64,000 bases of DNA from Eledone cirrhosa (Eukaryota). The stretch covers positions 167,152,001 to 167,216,000 of the forward strand of contig OZ024742.1 of the NCBI GenBank assembly GCA_964016885.1, read 5' to 3'. Shown one piece after another: positions 62,971 through 64,000 of the stretch. The first letter of the stretch is position 1. Each line of letters opens with the position of its first letter. Made by a program: the position numbers and the translations under genes. Under the pieces are notes generated by a model. That model was not told where the DNA came from and searched no databases. It saw only the letters and a program-made list of their open reading frames with translations.

Positions 62971-64000
62971 TCAGGGGGAGATAATTTGTAAAAAAAATCA
63001 GGGGGAGATAATTTGTAAAAAAAAATCAGGGGTAGATAATTTGTAAAAAAAAATCAGGGGGAGATAATTTGTAAAAAAAAAATCAGGGGGAGATAATTTG
63101 TAAAAAAAATCAAGGGGAGATAATTTCCAGCCGTCCAAGGAGAGATAATTTTTAAAAAAAATCAGGCGGAGATAATTTGTAAAAAAAAATCAGGGGGAGA
63201 TAATTTCCAGCCGTCGAAGGGAAGATAATTTCCAGCCCTCCAAGGGGCTATAATTTCCAGCGTCCAAGGGGAGATAATTTCCAGCCAGCGAAGGGGAGAT
63301 AATTTTTTTAAAAAAATCATTGGGAGATTTGTAAAAAAAATCAGGGGGAGATAATTTGTAAAAAAAATCAAGGGGAGATAATTTCCAGCCGTCCAAGGGG
63401 AGGTAATATCTAGCCGTCCAAGGGGAGATAATTTCCAGCCGTCCAAGGGGAGATAATTTCCAGCCGTCCAAGGGTAGATAATATCCAGCCGTCCAAGTAG
63501 ACATTTTCCAGCCGTCCAAGGAGAGGTAATTTCTAGCCGTCCAAGGGGAGATAAATTCCAGCCTCCAAGGGGAGATAATTTCCAGCCAGCCAAGGGGAGA
63601 TAATTTGTAAAAAAATCAGGGGGAGATAATTTGTAAAAAAAATCAGGGGGAGATAATTTGTAAAAAAAAATCAGGGGGAGATAATTTGTAAAAAAAAATC
63701 AGGGGGAGATAATTTGTAAAAAAAAATCAGGGGGAGATAATTTGTAAAAAAAATCAAGGGGAGATAATTTCCAGCCGTCCAAGGGGAGATAATTTTCAGC
63801 CGTCCAAGGGGAGATAATTTCCAGCCGTCCAAGGGGAGATAATTTCCATCCTTCCAAGGGGAGATAATTTGTAAAAAAAAATCAGGGGGAGATAATTTGT
63901 AAAAAAAAATCAAGGGGAGATAATTTCCAGCCGTCCAAGGGGAGATAATTTTCAGCCGTCCAAGGGGAGATAATTTCCCGCCAGCCAAGGGAAGATAATA
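55190..64000 (+). repeat. Long-range copy of ~4.7-12.5 kb (offset 50,484-50,485, then 51,493 after a 1,008-bp indel)
   Basis: ORF pairs 4860/55344 (50484) and 6098/56583 (50485); 6818/58311, 7364/58857, 8385/59878, 9668/61161, 10858/62351 and 12178/63671 all have offset 51493. Confidence 0.93.

Larger units (their letters stand above)
1..64000 (+). repeat. Composite tandem satellite array made of two related 25-29 bp monomer families with higher-order structure; runs off both window ends
   Basis: The core (G)GGGAGATAATTT or a close variant recurs every ~21-29 bp from the first base to the last, always in the same orientation. No unique spacer sequence was seen. All ORF translations are permutations of the same few peptides (LSPPDFFYK, NYLPLIFFT, LSPLGRLEIISPWTAGNYLPLDGWK). 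Confidence 0.99.

Noticed and set aside
96-63988. More than 200 minus-strand ORFs of 60-181 aa
   Set aside because: They are translations of the repeat. They overlap in several frames, mostly begin at alternative (TTG-type) starts, and shift frame with A-tract length and the 25-bp unit. The + strand is closed by TAA in GATAAT and GTAAA, which explains the strand bias. There is no sign of frame preservation.
1-64000. CRISPR-like pattern (constant core plus variable segment)
   Set aside because: The core is only ~16 bp. The 'spacers' are 9-13 bp and fall into two recurring classes rather than being unique. No leader or cas genes are present.
1-64000. Shine-Dalgarno-like GGAG/GGGGAG and -10-like GATAAT/TATAAT motifs
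   Set aside because: They are parts of the satellite core with no downstream genes. Nothing indicates prokaryotic expression signals.
1-64000. Plasmid or viral iteron origin, or telomerase-synthesised repeat
   Set aside because: The array is far larger than iteron arrays and has no rep gene. Kb-scale inherited variant patterns indicate duplication and recombination rather than templated addition.
1-64000. Pure sequencing or assembly artefact
   Set aside because: Variants and homopolymer lengths are reproduced between distant copies while each copy also has private differences, as expected of a real array. Individual large duplications still need read-level validation.
1-64000. Embedded transposon, inversion or unique island
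   Set aside because: None was seen on reading through. I found no reverse-orientation core (AAATTATCTCCCC) on the + strand, although a very short insert could have been missed by eye.

Overview
The whole 64 kb window is one uninterrupted, single-orientation tandem satellite array of roughly 2,400-2,500 monomers (64,000 bp divided by ~26 bp). I found no unique sequence, no credible gene, no RNA gene and no mobile element. Two short monomer families share a 16-bp core, CA(A/G)GGGGAGATAATTT. Type A is CAGGGGGAGATAATTTGT(A)7-10T (26-29 bp, AT-rich tail). Type B is CAAGGGGAGATAATTTCCAGCCGTC (25 bp, GC-rich tail). They alternate as short runs. B runs form a small vocabulary of ordered modules with diagnostic variant monomers, and the A/B switches are marked by specific transition monomers. 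Above this sit nested higher-order duplications at offsets of about 1.0, 1.2-1.4, 1.9, 3.9, 7.8, 13.4-14.1, 19.9, 25.3 and 50.5-51.5 kb, read from recurring identical ORF translations and checked against private variants. All listed ORFs are minus-strand read-throughs of the repeat and are rejected as genes. The architecture most resembles eukaryotic centromeric, pericentromeric or subtelomeric satellite, but I cannot identify the organism, the family or a function from sequence alone. All duplication boundaries are approximate.
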